Shown here piece by piece: positions 24,501-39,700 of a stretch of DNA of 64,000 nt. The first letter of the stretch is position 1. The number at the start of each line of letters is the position of its first letter. The translations under genes were made by a program, and so were the position numbers. Location of the stretch: NCBI GenBank assembly GCA_964016885.1, contig OZ024741.1:12400001-12464000 (forward strand), written 5' to 3'. Origin of the DNA: Eledone cirrhosa. Taxonomy: Eukaryota. The notes beneath the pieces were generated by a model. The model saw only the letters and a list, made by a program, of their open reading frames with translations, was not told where the DNA came from and made no database searches.

Positions 24501-27500
24501 GTTTAAGTTTGATATAGTAGTTTGGGGAGGTATATGATTGTAGGTTTCAGTTAGATATAGTAGTTTGGGGAGGTATATGACTGTAGGTTTCAGTTTGATA
24601 TAGTAGTTTGGGGAGGTATATGACTGTTGGTTTCAGTTAGATATAGTAGTTTGGGGAGGTATATGACTGTTGGTTTATGTTTGATATAGTAGTTTGGGAG
24701 GTATATAACTGTTGGTTTCAGTTTGATATAGTAGTTTGGGGAGGTATATGACTGTAGGTTTCAGTTTGATATAGTAGTTTGAGGAGGTATATGACTGTAG
24801 GTTTCAGTTAGATATAGTAGTTTGGGGAGGTATATGACTGTTGGTTTCAGTTAGATATAGTAGTTTGGGGAGGTATATGACTGTTGGTTTCAGTTAGGTA
24901 TAGTAGTTTGGGGAGGTATATGACTGTTGGTTTCAGTTAGATATAGTAGTTTGGGGTGGTATATGACTGTTCGTTTCAGTTTGACATAGTGGTTTGGGGA
25001 GGTATATGACTGTTGGTTTCAGTTAGATTTAGTAGTTTGGGGAGGTATATGACTGTAGGTTTCAGTTAGATATAGTAGTTTGGGGAGGTATATGACTGTT
25101 GGTTTTAGTTTGTTATAGTTGTTTGGGGAGGTATATGACTGTTGGTTTCAATTTGATATAGTAGTTTGGGGAGGTATATGCCTGTTGGTTTCAGTTGATA
25201 TAGTAGTTTGGGGATGTATATGACTGTTGGTTTCAGTTAGATATAGTAGTTTGGGGAGGTATATGACTGTTGGTTTCAGTTAGATATAGTAGTTTGGGTA
25301 GGTATATGACTGTTGGTTTCAGTTAGATAGAGTAGTTTGGGGAAGTATATGACTGTAGGTTTCAGTTAGATATAGTAGTTTGGGGAGGTATATGACTGTA
25401 GGTTTCAGTTAGATATAGTAGTTTGGGAGGTATATGACTGTTGGTTTCAGTTTGATATAGTAGTTTGGGAGATATATGACTGTAGGTTTCAGTTTGATAT
25501 AGTAGTTTGGGAGGTATATGACTGTTGGTTTCAGTTTGATATAGTAGTTTGGGGAGGTATATGACTGTTGGTTTCAGTTTGATATAGAAGTTTGGGGAGG
25601 TATATGACTGTTGGTTTCAGTTAGATATAGTAGTTTGGGGAGGTATATGACTGTTGGTTTCAGTTTGATATAGTAGTTAGGGGAGGTATATGACAGTTGC
25701 TTTCAGTTAGATATAGTAGTTTGGGGAGGTATATGACTGTTGGTTTCAGTTAGATATAGTAGTCTGGGGAGGTATATGACTGTTGGTTTCAGTTAGATAT
25801 AGTAGTTTTGGGAGGTATTTGACTGTTGGTTTCAGTTAGAAATATTAGTTGGGGAGGTATATGATTGTTGGTTTCAGTTAGATATAGTAGTTTGTGGAGG
25901 TATATGACTGTTGGTTTCAGTTTGATATAGTAGTTTGGGGAGGTATATGTCTGTTGGTTTCAGTTTGATATAGTAGTTTGGGGAGGTATATGACCGTTAG
26001 TTTCAGTTTGATATAGGAGTTTGGGGAGGTATATGACTGTTGGTTTCAGTTATATATAGTAGTTTGGGGAGGTATATGACTGTTGGATTCAGTTGATATA
26101 GTAGTTTGGGGAGGTATATGTCTGTTGGTTTCAGTTGATATAGTAGTTTGGGGAGGTATATGACTGTTGGTTTCAGTTTGATATAGTAGTTAGGAGAGGT
26201 ATATGACAGTTGCTTTCAGTTAGATATAGTAGTTTGGGGAGGTATATGACTGTTGGTTTCAGTTAGATATAGTAGTCTGGGGAGGTATATGACTGTTGGT
26301 TTCAGTTAGATATAGTAGTTTTGGGAGGTATATGACTGTTGGTTTCAGTTAGAAATATTAGTTGGGGAGGTATATGATTGTTGGTTTCAGTTAGATATAG
26401 TAGTTTGTGGAGGTATATGACTGTTGGTTTCAGTTTGATATAGTAGTTTGGGGAGGTATATGTCTGTTGGTTTCAGTTTGATATAGTAGTTTGGGGAGGT
26501 ATATGACCGTTGGTTTCAGTTTGATATAGGAGTTTGGGGAGGTATATGACTGTTGGTTTCAGTTATATATAGTAGTTTGGGGAGGTATATGACTGTTGGA
26601 TTCAGTTGATATAGTAGTTTGGGGAGGTATATGACTGTTGATTTCAGTTATATATAGTAGTTTGGGGAGGTATATGTCTGTTGGTTTCAGTTTGATATAG
26701 TAGTTTGGGGAGGTATATGACTGTTGGTTTCAGTTTGATATAGTAGTTTGGGATGTATATGACTGTTGGTTTCAGTTTGATATAGTCGTTTGGGGAGGTA
26801 TATGACTGTTGGTTTCAGTTTTATATAGTAGTTTGGGGAGGTATATGACTGTTGGTTTCAGTTAGATATAGTAGTTTGGGGAGGTATATGACTGTTGGTT
26901 TCAGTTAGATATAGTAGTTTGGGGAGGTATATGTCTGTTGGTTTCAGTTGATATAGTAGTTTGGGGAGGTATATGACTGTTGGTTTAAGTTTGATATAGT
27001 AGTTCGGGGAGGTATATGACCGTTGGTTTCAATTAGATATAGTAGTTTGGGAGGTATATGACTGTTGGTTTAAGTTTGATATAGTAGTTTGGGGAGGTAT
27101 ATGATTGTAGGTTTCAGTTAGATATAGTAGTTTGGGGAGGTATATGACTGTAGGTTTCAGTTTGATATAGTAGTTTGGGGAGGTATATGACTGTTGGTTT
27201 CAGTTAGATATAGTAGTTTGGGGAGGTATATGACTGTTGGTTTATGTTTGATATAGTAGTTTGGGAGGTATATGACTGTTGGTTTCAGTTTGATATAGTA
27301 GTTTGGGGAGGTATATGACTGTAGGTTTCAGTTTGATATAGTAGTTTGAGGAGGTATATGACTGTTGGTTTCAGTTAGATATAGTAGTTTGGGGAGGTAT
27401 ATGACTGTTGGTTTCAGTTAGATATAGTAGTTTGGGGAGGTATATGACTGTTGGTTTCAGTTAGGTATAGTAGTTTGGGGAGGTATATGACTGTAGGTTT

Positions 27501-30500
27501 CAGTTAGATATAGTAGTTTGGGGAGGTATATGACTGTAGGTTTCTGTTAGATATAGTAGTTTGGGGAGGTATATGACTGTTGGTTTCAGTTAGATATAGT
27601 AGTTTGGGGAGGTATATGACTGTTGGTTTCAGTTAGATATAGTAGTTTGGGGTGGTATATGACTGTTCGTTTCAGTTAGATTTAGTAGTTTGGGGAGGTA
27701 TATGACTGTAGGTTTCAGTTAGATATAGTAGTTTGGGGAGGTATATGACTGTTGGTTTTAGTTTGTTATAGTTGTTTGGGGAGGTATATGACTGTTGGTT
27801 TCAATTTGATATAGTAGTTTGGGGAGGTATATGCCTGTTGGTTTCAGTTGATATAGTAGTTTGGGGAGGTATATGACTGTTGGTTTCACTTAGATATAGT
27901 AGTTTGGGGAGGTATATGACTGTTGGTTTCAGTTAGATATAGTAGTTTGGGGAGGTATATGACTGTTGGTTTCAGTTAGATAGAGTAGTTTGGGGAGGTA
28001 TATGACTGTAGGTTTCAGTTAGATAGAGTAGTTTGGGGAGGTATATGACTGTTGGTTTCAGTTTGATATAGTCGTTTGGGGAGGTATATGACTGTTGGTT
28101 TCAGTTTTATATAGTAGTTTGGGGAGGTATATGACTGTTGGTTTCAGTTAGATATAGTAGTTTGGGGAGGTATATGACTGTAGGTTTCAGTTAGATATAG
28201 TAGTTTGGGGAGGTATATGACTGTTCGTTTCAGTTTGACATAGTAGTTTAGGGAGGTATATGACTGTTGGTTTCAGTTAGATATAGTAGTTTGGGGAGGT
28301 ATATGACTGTAGGTTTCAGTTAGATATAGTAGTTTGGGGAGGTATATGACTGTTCGTTTCAGTTTGACATAGTAGTTTGGGGAGGTATATGACTGTTGGT
28401 TTCAGTTAGATTTAGTAGTTTGGGGAGGTATATGACTGTAGGTTTCAGTTAGATATAGTAGTTTGGGGAGGTATATGACTGTTGGTTTTAGTTTGATATA
28501 GGAGTTTGGGGAGGTATATGATTGTAGGTTTCAGTTAGATATAGTAGTTTGGGGAGGTATATGACTGTTGGTTTCAATTTGATATAGTAGTTTGGGGAGG
28601 TATATGACTGTTGGTTTCAGTTGATATAGTAGTTTGGGGAGGTATATGACTGTTGGTTTCAGTTAGACATAGTAGTTTGGGGAGGTATATAACTGTTGGT
28701 TTCAGTTAGATATAGTAGTTTGGGGAGGTATATGACTGTTGGTTTCAGTTAGATATAGTAGTTTGGGGAGGTATATGTCTGCTGGTTTCAGTTGATATAG
28801 TAGTTTGGGGAGGTATATGACTGTTGGTTTCAGTTAGATATAGTAGTTTGGGGAGGTATATGACTGTTGGTTTCAGTTAGATATAGTAGTTTGGGGAGGT
28901 ATATGACTGTTGGTTTCAGTTAGATATAGTAGTTTGGGGAGTTATATGATTGTTGGTTTCAGTTTGATATAGTAGTTCGGGGAGGTATATGACCGTTGGT
29001 TTCAATTAGATATAGTAGTTTGGGAGGTATATGACTGTTGGTTTAAGTTTGATATAGTAGTTTGGGGAGGTATATGATTGTAGGTTTCAGTTAGATATAG
29101 TAGTTTGGGGAGGTATATGACTGTAGGTTTCAGTTTGATATAGTAGTTTGGGGAGGTATATGACTGTTGGTTTCAGTTAGATATAGTAGTTTGGGGAGGT
29201 ATATGACTGTTGGTTTATGTTTGATATAGTAGTTTGGGAGGTATATAACTGTTGGTTTCAGTTTGATATAGTAGTTTGGGGAGGTATATGACTGTAGGTT
29301 TCAGTTTGATATAGTAGTTTGAGGAGGTATATGACTGTAGGTTTCAGTTAGATATAGTAGTTTGGGGAGGTATATGACTGTTGGTTTCAGTTAGATATAG
29401 TAGTTTGGGGAGGTATATGACTGTTGGTTTCAGTTAGGTATAGTAGTTTGGGGAGGTATATGACTGTTGGTTTCAGTTAGATGTAGTAGTTTGGGGTGGT
29501 ATATGACTGTTCGTTTCAGTTTGACATAGTGGTTTGGGGAGGTATATGACTGTTGGTTTCAGTTAGATTTAGTAGTTTGGGGAGGTATATGACTGTAGGT
29601 TTCAGTTAGATATAGTAGTTTGGGGAGGTATATGACTGTTGGTTTTAGTTTGTTATAGTTGTTTGGGGAGGTATATGACTGTTGGTTTCAATTTGATATA
29701 GTAGTTTGGGGAGGTATATGCCTGTTGGTTTCAGTTGATATAGTAGTTTGGGGATGTATATGACTGTTGGTTTCAGTTAGATATAGTAGTTTGGGGAGGT
29801 ATATGACTGTTGGTTTCAGTTAGATATAGTAGTTTGGGTAGGTATATGACTGTTGGTTTCAGTTAGATAGAGTAGTTTGGGGAAGTATATGACTGTAGGT
29901 TTCAGTTAGATATAGTAGTTTGGGGAGGTATATGACTGTAGGTTTCAGTTAGATATAGTAGTTTGGGAGGTATATGACTGTTGGTTTCAGTTTGATATAG
30001 TAGTTTGGGAGATATATGACTGTAGGTTTCAGTTTGATATAGTAGTTTGGGAGGTATATGACTGTTGGTTTCAGTTTGATATAGTAGTTTGGGGAGGTAT
30101 ATGACTGTTGGTTTCAGTTTGATATAGAAGTTTGGGGAGGTATATGACTGTTGGTTTCAGTTAGATATAGTAGTTTGGGGAGGTATATGACTGTTGGTTT
30201 CAGTTTGATATAGTAGTTAGGGGAGGTATATGACAGTTGCTTTCAGTTAGATATAGTAGTTTGGGGAGGTATATGACTGTTGGTTTCAGTTAGATATAGT
30301 AGTCTGGGGAGGTATATGACTGTTGGTTTCAGTTAGATATAGTAGTTTTGGGAGGTATTTGACTGTTGGTTTCAGTTAGAAATATTAGTTGGGGAGGTAT
30401 ATGATTGTTGGTTTCAGTTAGATATAGTAGTTTGTGGAGGTATATGACTGTTGGTTTCAGTTTGATATAGTAGTTTGGGGAGGTATATGTCTGTTGGTTT

Positions 30501-30713
30501 CAGTTTGATATAGTAGTTTGGGGAGGTATATGACCGTTAGTTTCAGTTTGATATAGGAGTTTGGGGAGGTATATGACTGTTGGTTTCAGTTATATATAGT
30601 AGTTTGGGGAGGTATATGACTGTTGGATTCAGTTGATATAGTAGTTTGGGGAGGTATATGTCTGTTGGTTTCAGTTGATATAGTAGTTTGGGGAGGTATA
30701 TGACTGTTGGTTT
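21597..30713 (+). repeat. Tandem duplication, period 4540 bp (about 106 monomers)
   Basis: Private variants at +4540: taggagagg 21651/26191, tttctgttag 23001/27541, gctggttt 24241/28781, gggatgt 25211/29751, ggaggtattt 25811/30351. Confidence 0.92.
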
Positions 30714-33700
30714 AAGTTTGATATAGTAGTTTGGGGAGGTATATGACTGTTGGTTTCAGTTAGATATAGTAGTTTGGGGAGGTATATGACTGTTGGTTTC
30801 AGTTTGATATAGTAGTTTGGGAGGTATATGACTGTTGGTTTCAGTTTGATATAGTCGTTTGGGGAGGTATATGACTGTTGGTTTCAGTTTTATATAGTAG
30901 TTTGGGGAGGTATATGACTGTTGGTTTCAGTTAGATATAGTAGTTTGGGGAGGTATATGACTGTTGGTTTCAGTTAGATATAGTAGTTTGGGGAGGTATA
31001 TGTCTGTTGGTTTCAGTTGATATAGTAGTTTGGGGAGGTATATGACTGTTGGTTTAAGTTTGATATAGTAGTTTGGGGAGGTATATGACTGTTGGTTTCA
31101 GTTAGATATAGCAGTTTGGGGAGGTATATGACTGTTGGTTTCAGTTAGATATAGTAGTTTGGGGAGGTATATGACTGTTGGTTTCAGTTAGATATAGTAG
31201 TTTGGGGAGTTATATGATTGTTGGTTTCAGTTTGATATAGTAGTTCGGGGAGGTATATGACCGTTGGTTTCAATTAGATATAGTAGTTTGGGAGGTATAT
31301 GACTGTTGGTTTAAGTTTGATATAGTAGTTTGGGGAGGTATATGACTGTAGCTTTCAGTTAGATATAGTAGTTTGGGAGGTATATGACTGTTGGTTTCAG
31401 TTTGATATAGTAGTTTGGGGAGGTATATGACTGTTGGTTTCAGTTTGATATAGTAGTTTGGGGAGGTATATGACTGTTGGTTTCAGTTAGATATAGTAGT
31501 TTGGGGAGGTATATGACTGTTGGTTTCAGTTTGATATAGTAGTTAGGGGAGGTATATGACAGTTGCTTTCAGTTAGATATAGTAGTTTGGGGAGGTATAT
31601 GACTGTTGGTTTCAGTTAGATATAGTAGTCTGGGGAGGTATATGACTGTTGGTTTCAGTTAGATATAGTAGTTTTGGGAGGTATATGACTGTTGGTTTCA
31701 GTTAGAAATATTAGTTGGGGAGGTATATGATTGTTGGTTTCAGTTAGATATAGTAGTTTGTGGAGGTATATGACTGTTGGTTTCAGTTTGATATAGTAGT
31801 TTGGGGAGGTATATGTCTGTTGGTTTCAGTTTGATATAGTAGTTTGGGGAGGTATATGACCGTTGGTTTCAGTTTGATATAGGAGTTTGGGGAGGTATAT
31901 GACTGTTGGTTTCAGTTATATATAGTAGTTTGGGGAGGTATATGACTGTTGGATTCAGTTGATATAGTAGTTTGGGGAGGTATATGACTGTTGATTTCAG
32001 TTATATATAGTAGTTTGGGGAGGTATATGTCTGTTGGTTTCAGTTTGATATAGTAGTTTGGGGAGGTATATGACTGTTGGTTTCAGTTTGATATAGTAGT
32101 TTGGGAGGTATATGACTGTTGGTTTCAGTTTGATATAGTCGTTTGGGGAGGTATATGACTGTTGGTTTCAGTTTTATATAGTAGTTTGGGGAGGTATATG
32201 ACTGTTGGTTTCAGTTAGATATAGTAGTTTGGGGAGGTATATGACTGTTGGTTTCAGTTAGATATAGTAGTTTGGGGAGGTATATGTCTGTTGGTTTCAG
32301 TTGATATAGTAGTTTGGGGAGGTATATGACTGTTGGTTTAAGTTTGATATAGTAGTTTGGGGAGGTATATGACTGTTGGTTTCAGTTAGATATAGTAGTT
32401 TGGGGAGGTATATGACTGTTGGTTTCAGTTAGATATAGTAGTTTGGGGAGGTATATGACTGTTGGTTTCAGTTAGATATAGTAGTTTGGGGAGTTATATG
32501 ATTGTTGGTTTCAGTTTGATATAGTAGTTCGGGGAGGTATATGACCGTTGGTTTCAATTAGATATAGTAGTTTGGGAGGTATATGACTGTTGGTTTAAGT
32601 TTGATATAGTAGTTTGGGGAGGTATATGATTGTAGGTTTCAGTTAGATATAGTAGTTTGGGGAGGTATATGACTGTAGGTTTCAGTTTGATATAGTAGTT
32701 TGGGGAGGTATATGACTGTTGGTTTCAGTTAGATATAGTAGTTTGGGGAGGTATATGACTGTTGGTTTATGTTTGATATAGTAGTTTGGGAGGTATATGA
32801 CTGTTGGTTTCAGTTTGATATAGTAGTTTGGGGAGGTATATGACTGTAGGTTTCAGTTTGATATAGTAGTTTGAGGAGGTATATGACTGTTGGTTTCAGT
32901 TAGATATAGTAGTTTGGGGAGGTATATGACTGTTGGTTTCAGTTAGATATAGTAGTTTGGGGAGGTATATGACTGTTGGTTTCAGTTAGGTATAGTAGTT
33001 TGGGGAGGTATATGACTGTAGGTTTCAGTTAGATATAGTAGTTTGGGGAGGTATATGACTGTAGGTTTCAGTTAGATATAGTAGTTTGGGGAGGTATATG
33101 ACTGTTGGTTTCAGTTAGATATAGTAGTTTGGGGAGGTATATGACTGTTGGTTTCAGTTAGATATAGTAGTTTGGGGTGGTATATGACTGTTCGTTTCAG
33201 TTAGATTTAGTAGTTTGGGGAGGTATATGACTGTAGGTTTCAGTTAGATATAGTAGTTTGGGGAGGTATATGACTGTTGGTTTTAGTTTGTTATAGTTGT
33301 TTGGGGAGGTATATGACTGTTGGTTTCAATTTGATATAGTAGTTTGGGGAGGTATATGCCTGTTGGTTTCAGTTGATATAGTAGTTTGGGGAGGTATATG
33401 ACTGTTGGTTTCACTTAGATATAGTAGTTTGGGGAGGTATATGACTGTTGGTTTCAGTTAGATATAGTAGTTTGGGGAGGTATATGACTGTTGGTTTCAG
33501 TTAGATAGAGTAGTTTGGGGAGGTATATGACTGTAGGTTTCAGTTAGATAGAGTAGTTTGGGGAGGTATATGACTGTTGGTTTCAGTTTTATATAGTCGT
33601 TTGGGGAGGTATATGACTGTTGGTTTCAGTTTTATATAGTAGTTTGGGGAGGTATATGACTGTTGGTTTCAGTTAGATATAGTAGTTTGGGGAGGTATAT

Positions 33701-36700
33701 GACTGTAGGTTTCAGTTAGATATAGTAGTTTGGGGAGGTATATGACTGTTCGTTTCAGTTTGACATAGTAGTTTAGGGAGGTATATGACTGTTGGTTTCA
33801 GTTAGATATAGTAGTTTGGGGAGGTATATGACTGTAGGTTTCAGTTAGATATAGTAGTTTGGGGAGGTATATGACTGTTCGTTTCAGTTTGACATAGTAG
33901 TTTGGGGAGGTATATGACTGTTGGTTTCAGTTAGATTTAGTAGTTTGGGGAGGTATATGACTGTAGGTTTCAGTTAGATATAGTAGTTTGGGGAGGTATA
34001 TGACTGTTGGTTTTAGTTTGATATAGGAGTTTGGGGAGGTATATGATTGTAGGTTTCAGTTAGATATAGTAGTTTGGGGAGGTATATGACTGTTGGTTTC
34101 AATTTGATATAGTAGTTTGGGGAGGTATATGACTGTTGGTTTCAGTTGATATAGTAGTTTGGGGAGGTATATGACTGTTGGTTTCAGTTAGACATAGTAG
34201 TTTGGGGAGGTATATAACTGTTGGTTTCAGTTAGATATAGTAGTTTGGGGAGGTATATGACTGTTGGTTTCAGTTAGATATAGTAGTTTGGGGAGGTATA
34301 TGTCTGTTGGTTTCAGTTGATATAGTAGTTTGGGGAGGTATATGACTGTTGGTTTCAGTTAGATATAGTAGTTTGGGGAGGTATATGACTGTTGGTTTCA
34401 GTTAGATATAGTAGTTTGGGGAGGTATATGACTGTTGGTTTCAGTTAGATATAGTAGTTTGGGGAGTTATATGATTGTTGGTTTCAGTTTGATATAGTAG
34501 TTCGGGGAGGTATATGACCGTTGGTTTCAATTAGATATAGTAGTTTGGGAGGTATATGACTGTTGGTTTAAGTTTGATATAGTAGTTTGGGGAGGTATAT
34601 GATTGTAGGTTTCAGTTAGATATAGTAGTTTGGGGAGGTATATGACTGTAGGTTTCAGTTTGATATAGAAGTTTGGGGAGGTATATGACTGTTGGTTTCA
34701 GTTAGATATAGTAGTTTGGGGAGGTATATGACTGTTGGTTTATGTTTGATATAGTAGTTTGGGAGGTATATGACGGTTGGTTTCAGTTTGATATAGTAGT
34801 TTGGGGAGGTATATGACTGTAGGTTTCAGTTTGATATAGTAGTTTGAGGAGGTATATGACTGTAGGTTTCAGTTAGATATAGTAGTTTGGGGAGGTATAT
34901 GACTGTTGGTTTCAGTTAGATATAGTAGTTTGGGGAGGTATATGACTGTTGGTTTCAGTTAGGTATAGTAGTTTGGGGAGGTATATGACTGTTGGTTTCA
35001 GTTAGATATAGTAGTTTGGGGTGGTATATGACTGTTCGTTTCAGTTTGACATAGTGGTTTGGGGAGGTATATGACTGTTGGTTTCAGTTAGATTTAGTAG
35101 TTTGGGGAGGTATATGACTGTAGGTTTCAGTTAGATATAGTAGTTTGGGGAGGTATATGACTGTTGGTTTTAGTTTGTTATAGTTGTTTGGGGAGGTATA
35201 TGACTGTTGGTTTCAATTTGATATAGTAGTTTGGGGAGGTATATGCCTGTTGGTTTCAGTTGATATAGTAGTTTGGGGAGGTATATGACTGTTGGTTTCA
35301 GTTAGATATAGTAGTTTGGGGAGGTATATGACTGTTGGTTTCAGTTAGATATAGTAGTTTGGGTAGGTATATGACTGTTGGTTTCAGTTAGATAGAGTAG
35401 TTTGGGGAAGTATATGACTGTAGGTTTCAGTTAGATATAGTAGTTTGGGGAGGTATATGACTGTAGGTTTCAGTTAGATATAGTAGTTTGGGAGGTATAT
35501 GACTGTTGGTTTCAGTTTGATATAGTAGTTTGGGAGATATATGACTGTAGGTTTCAGTTTGATATAGTAGTTTGGGAGGTATATGACTGTTGGTTTCAGT
35601 TTGATATAGTAGTTTGGGGAGGTATATGACTGTTGGTTTCAGTTTGATATAGTAGTTTGGGGAGGTATATGACTGTTGGTTTCAGTTAGATATAGTAGTT
35701 TGGGGAGGTATATGACTGTTGGTTTCAGTTTGATATAGTAGTTAGGGGAGGTATATGACAGTTGCTTTCAGTTAGATATAGTAGTTTGGGGAGGTATATG
35801 ACTGTTGGTTTCAGTTAGATATAGTAGTCTGGGGAGGTATATGACTGTTGGTTTCAGTTAGATATAGTAGTTTTGGGAGGTATATGACTGTTGGTTTCAG
35901 TTAGAAATATTAGTTGGGGAGGTATATGATTGTTGGTTTCAGTTAGATATAGTAGTTTGTGGAGGTATATGACTGTTGGTTTCAGTTTGATATAGTAGTT
36001 TGGGGAGGTATATGTCTGTTGGTTTCAGTTTGATATAGTAGTTTGGGGAGGTATATGACCGTTGGTTTCAGTTTGATATAGGAGTTTGGGGAGGTATATG
36101 ACTGTTGGTTTCAGTTATATATAGTAGTTTGGGGAGGTATATGACTGTTGGATTCAGTTGATATAGTAGTTTGGGGAGGTATATGTCTGTTGGTTTCAGT
36201 TGATATAGTAGTTTGGGGAGGTATATGACTGTTGGTTTAAGTTTGATATAGTAGTTTGGGGAGGTATATGACTGTTGGTTTCAGTTAGATATAGTAGTTT
36301 TGGGAGGTATATGACTGTTGGTTTCAGTTAGATATAGTAGTTTGGGGAGGTATATGACTGTTGGTTTCAGTTAGATATAGTAGTTTGGGGAGTTATATGA
36401 TTGTTGGTTTCAGTTTGATATAGTAGTTCGGGGAGGTATATGACCGTTGGTTTCAATTAGATATAGTAGTTTGGGAGGTATATGACTGTTGGTTTAAGTT
36501 TGATATAGTAGTTTGGGGAGGTATATGATTGTAGGTTTCAGTTAGATATAGTAGTTTGGGGAGGTATATGACTGTAGGTTTCAGTTTGATATAGTAGTTT
36601 GGGGAGGTATATGATTGTAGGTTTCAGTTAGATATAGTAGTTTGGGGAGGTATATGACTGTAGGTTTCAGTTAGATATAGTAGTTTGGGGAGGTATATGA

Positions 36701-39700
36701 CTGTTGGTTTCAGTTAGATATAGTAGTTTGGGGAGGTATATGACTGTTGGTTTCAGTTAGATATAGTAGTTTGGGGTGGTATATGACTGTTCGTTTCAGT
36801 TAGATTTAGTAGTTTGGGGAGGTATATGACTGTAGGTTTCAGTTAGATATAGTAGTTTGGGGAGGTATATGACTGTTGGTTTTAGTTTGTTATAGTTGTT
36901 TGGGGAGGTATATGACTGTTGGTTTCAATTTGATATAGTAGTTTGGGGAGGTATATGCCTGTTGGTTTCAGTTGATATAGTAGTTTGGGGAGGTATATGA
37001 CTGTTGGTTTCAGTTAGATATAGTAGTTTGGGGAGGTATATGACTGTTGGTTTCAGTTAGATATAGTAGTTTGGGGAGGTATATGACTGTTGGTTTCAGT
37101 TGATATAGTAGTTTGGGGAGGTATATGACTGTTGGTTTCAGTTAGATATAGTAGTTTGGGGAGGTATATGACTGTTGGTTTCAGTTAGATATAGTAGTTT
37201 GGGGAGGTATATGACTGTTGGTTTCAGTTAGATAGAGTAGTTTGGGGAGGTATATGACTGTAGGTTTCAGTTAGATATAGTAGTTTGGGGAGGTATATGA
37301 CTGTAGGTTTCAGTTAGATATAGTAGTTTGGGAGGTATATGACTGTTGGTTTCAGTTTGATATAGTAGTTTGGGAGATATATGACTGTAGGTTTCAGTTT
37401 GATATAGTAGTTTGGGGAGGTATATGACTGTTGGTTTCAGTTTGATATAGTAGTTTGGGGAGGTATATGACTGTTGGTTTCAGTTAGATATAGTAGTTTG
37501 GGGAGGTATATGACTGTTGGTTTCAGTTTGATATAGTAGTTACGGGAGGTATATGACATTTGCTTTCAGTTAGATATAGTAGTTTGGGGAGGTATATGAC
37601 TGTTGGTTTCAGTTAGATATAGTAGTCTGGGGAGGTATATGACTGTTGGTTTCAGTTAGATATAGTAGTTTGGGGAGGTATATGACTGTTGGTTTCAGTT
37701 AGATATATTAGTTGGGGAGGGATATGATTGTTGGTTTCAGTTTGATATAGTAGTTTGGGGAGGTATATGTCTTTGGTTTCAGTTTGATATAGTAGTTTGG
37801 GGAGGTATATGACCGTTGGTTTCAGTTTGATATAGGAGTTTGGGGAGGTATATGACTGTTGTTTTCTGTTATATATAGTAGTTTAGGGAGGTATATGACT
37901 GTTGGTTTCAGTTAGATATAGTAGTTTGGGGAGGTATATGACTGTTCGTTTCAGTTTGACATAGTAGTTTGGGGTGGTATATGACTGTTGGTTTCAATTT
38001 GATATAGTAGTTTGGGGAGGTATATGCCTGTTGGTTTCAGTTGATATAGCAGTTTGGGGAGGTATATGACTGTTGGTTTCAGTTAAATATAGTAGTTTGG
38101 GGAGGTATATGACTGTTGGTTTCAGTTAGATATAGTAGTTGGGGGAGGTATATGACTGTTGGTTTCAGTTAGATAGAGTAGTTTGGGGAGGTATATGACT
38201 GTAGGTTTCAGTTAGATATAGTAGTTTGGGGAGGTATGACTGTAGCTTTCAGTTAGATATAGTAGTTTGGGAGGTATATGACTGTTGGTTTCAGTTTGAT
38301 ATAGTAGTTTGGGGAGGTATATGACTGTTGGTTTCAGTTTGATATAGTAGTTTGGGGAGGTATATGACTGTTGGTTTCAGTTAGATATAGTAGTTTGGGG
38401 AGGTATATGACTGTTGGTTTCAGTTTGATATAGTAGTTAGGGGAGGTATATGACAGTTGCTTTCAGTTAGATATAGTAGTTTGGGGAGGTATATGACTGT
38501 TGGTTTCAGTTAGATATAGTAGTCTGGGGAGGTATATGACTGTTGGTTTCAGTTAGATATAGTAGTTTGGGGAGGTATAGAACTGTTGGTTTCAGTTAGA
38601 AATATTAGTTGGGGAGGTATATGATTGTTGGTTTCAGTTAGATATAGTAGTTTGTGGAGGTATATGACTGTTGGTTTCAGTTTGATATAGTAGTTTGGGG
38701 AGGTATATGTCTGTTGGTTTCAGTTTGATATAGTAGTTTGGGGAGGTATATGACCGTTGGTTTCAGTTTGATATAGGAGTTTGGGGAGGTATATGACTGT
38801 TGGTTTCAGTTATATATAGTAGTTTGGGGAGGTATATGACTGTTGGATTCAGTTGATATAGTAGTTTGGGGAGGTATATGACTGTTGATTTCAGTTATAT
38901 ATATTAGTTTGGGGAGGTATATGTCTGTTGGTTTCAGTTTGATATAGTAGTTTGGGGAGGTATATGACTGTTGGTTTCAGTTTGATATAGTAGTTTGGGA
39001 GGTATATGACTGTTGGTTTCAGTTTGATATAGTCGTTTGGGGAGGTATATGACTGTTGGTTTCAGTTTTATATAGTAGTTTGGGGAGGTATATGACTGTT
39101 GGTTTCAGTTAGATATAGTAGTTTGGGGAGGTAGATGACTGTTGGTTTCAGTTAGATATAGTAGTTTGGGGAGGTATATGTCTGTTGGTTTCAGTTGATA
39201 TAGTAGTTTGGGGAGGTATATGACTGTTGGTTTAAGTTTGATATAGTAGTTTGGGGAGGTATATGACTGTTGGTTTCAGTTAGATATAGCAGTTTGGGGA
39301 GGTATATGACTGTTGGTTTCAGTTAGATATAGTAGTTTGGGGAGGTATATGACTGTTGGTTTCAGTTAGATATAGTAGTTTGGGGAGTTATATGATTGTT
39401 GGTTTCAGTTTGATATAGTAGTTCGGGGAGGTATATGACCGTTGGTTTCAATTAGATATAGTAGTTTGGGAGGTATATGACTGTTGGTTTAAGTTTGATA
39501 TAGTAGTTTGGGGTGGTATATGACTGTAGCTTTCAGTTAGATATAGTAGTTTGGGAGGTATATGACTGTTGGTTTCAGTTTGATATAGTAGTTTGGGGAG
39601 GTATATGACTGTTGGTTTCAGTTTGATATAGTAGTTTGGGGAGGTATATGACTGTTGGTTTCAGTTAGATATAGTAGTTTGGGGAGGTATATGACTGTTG

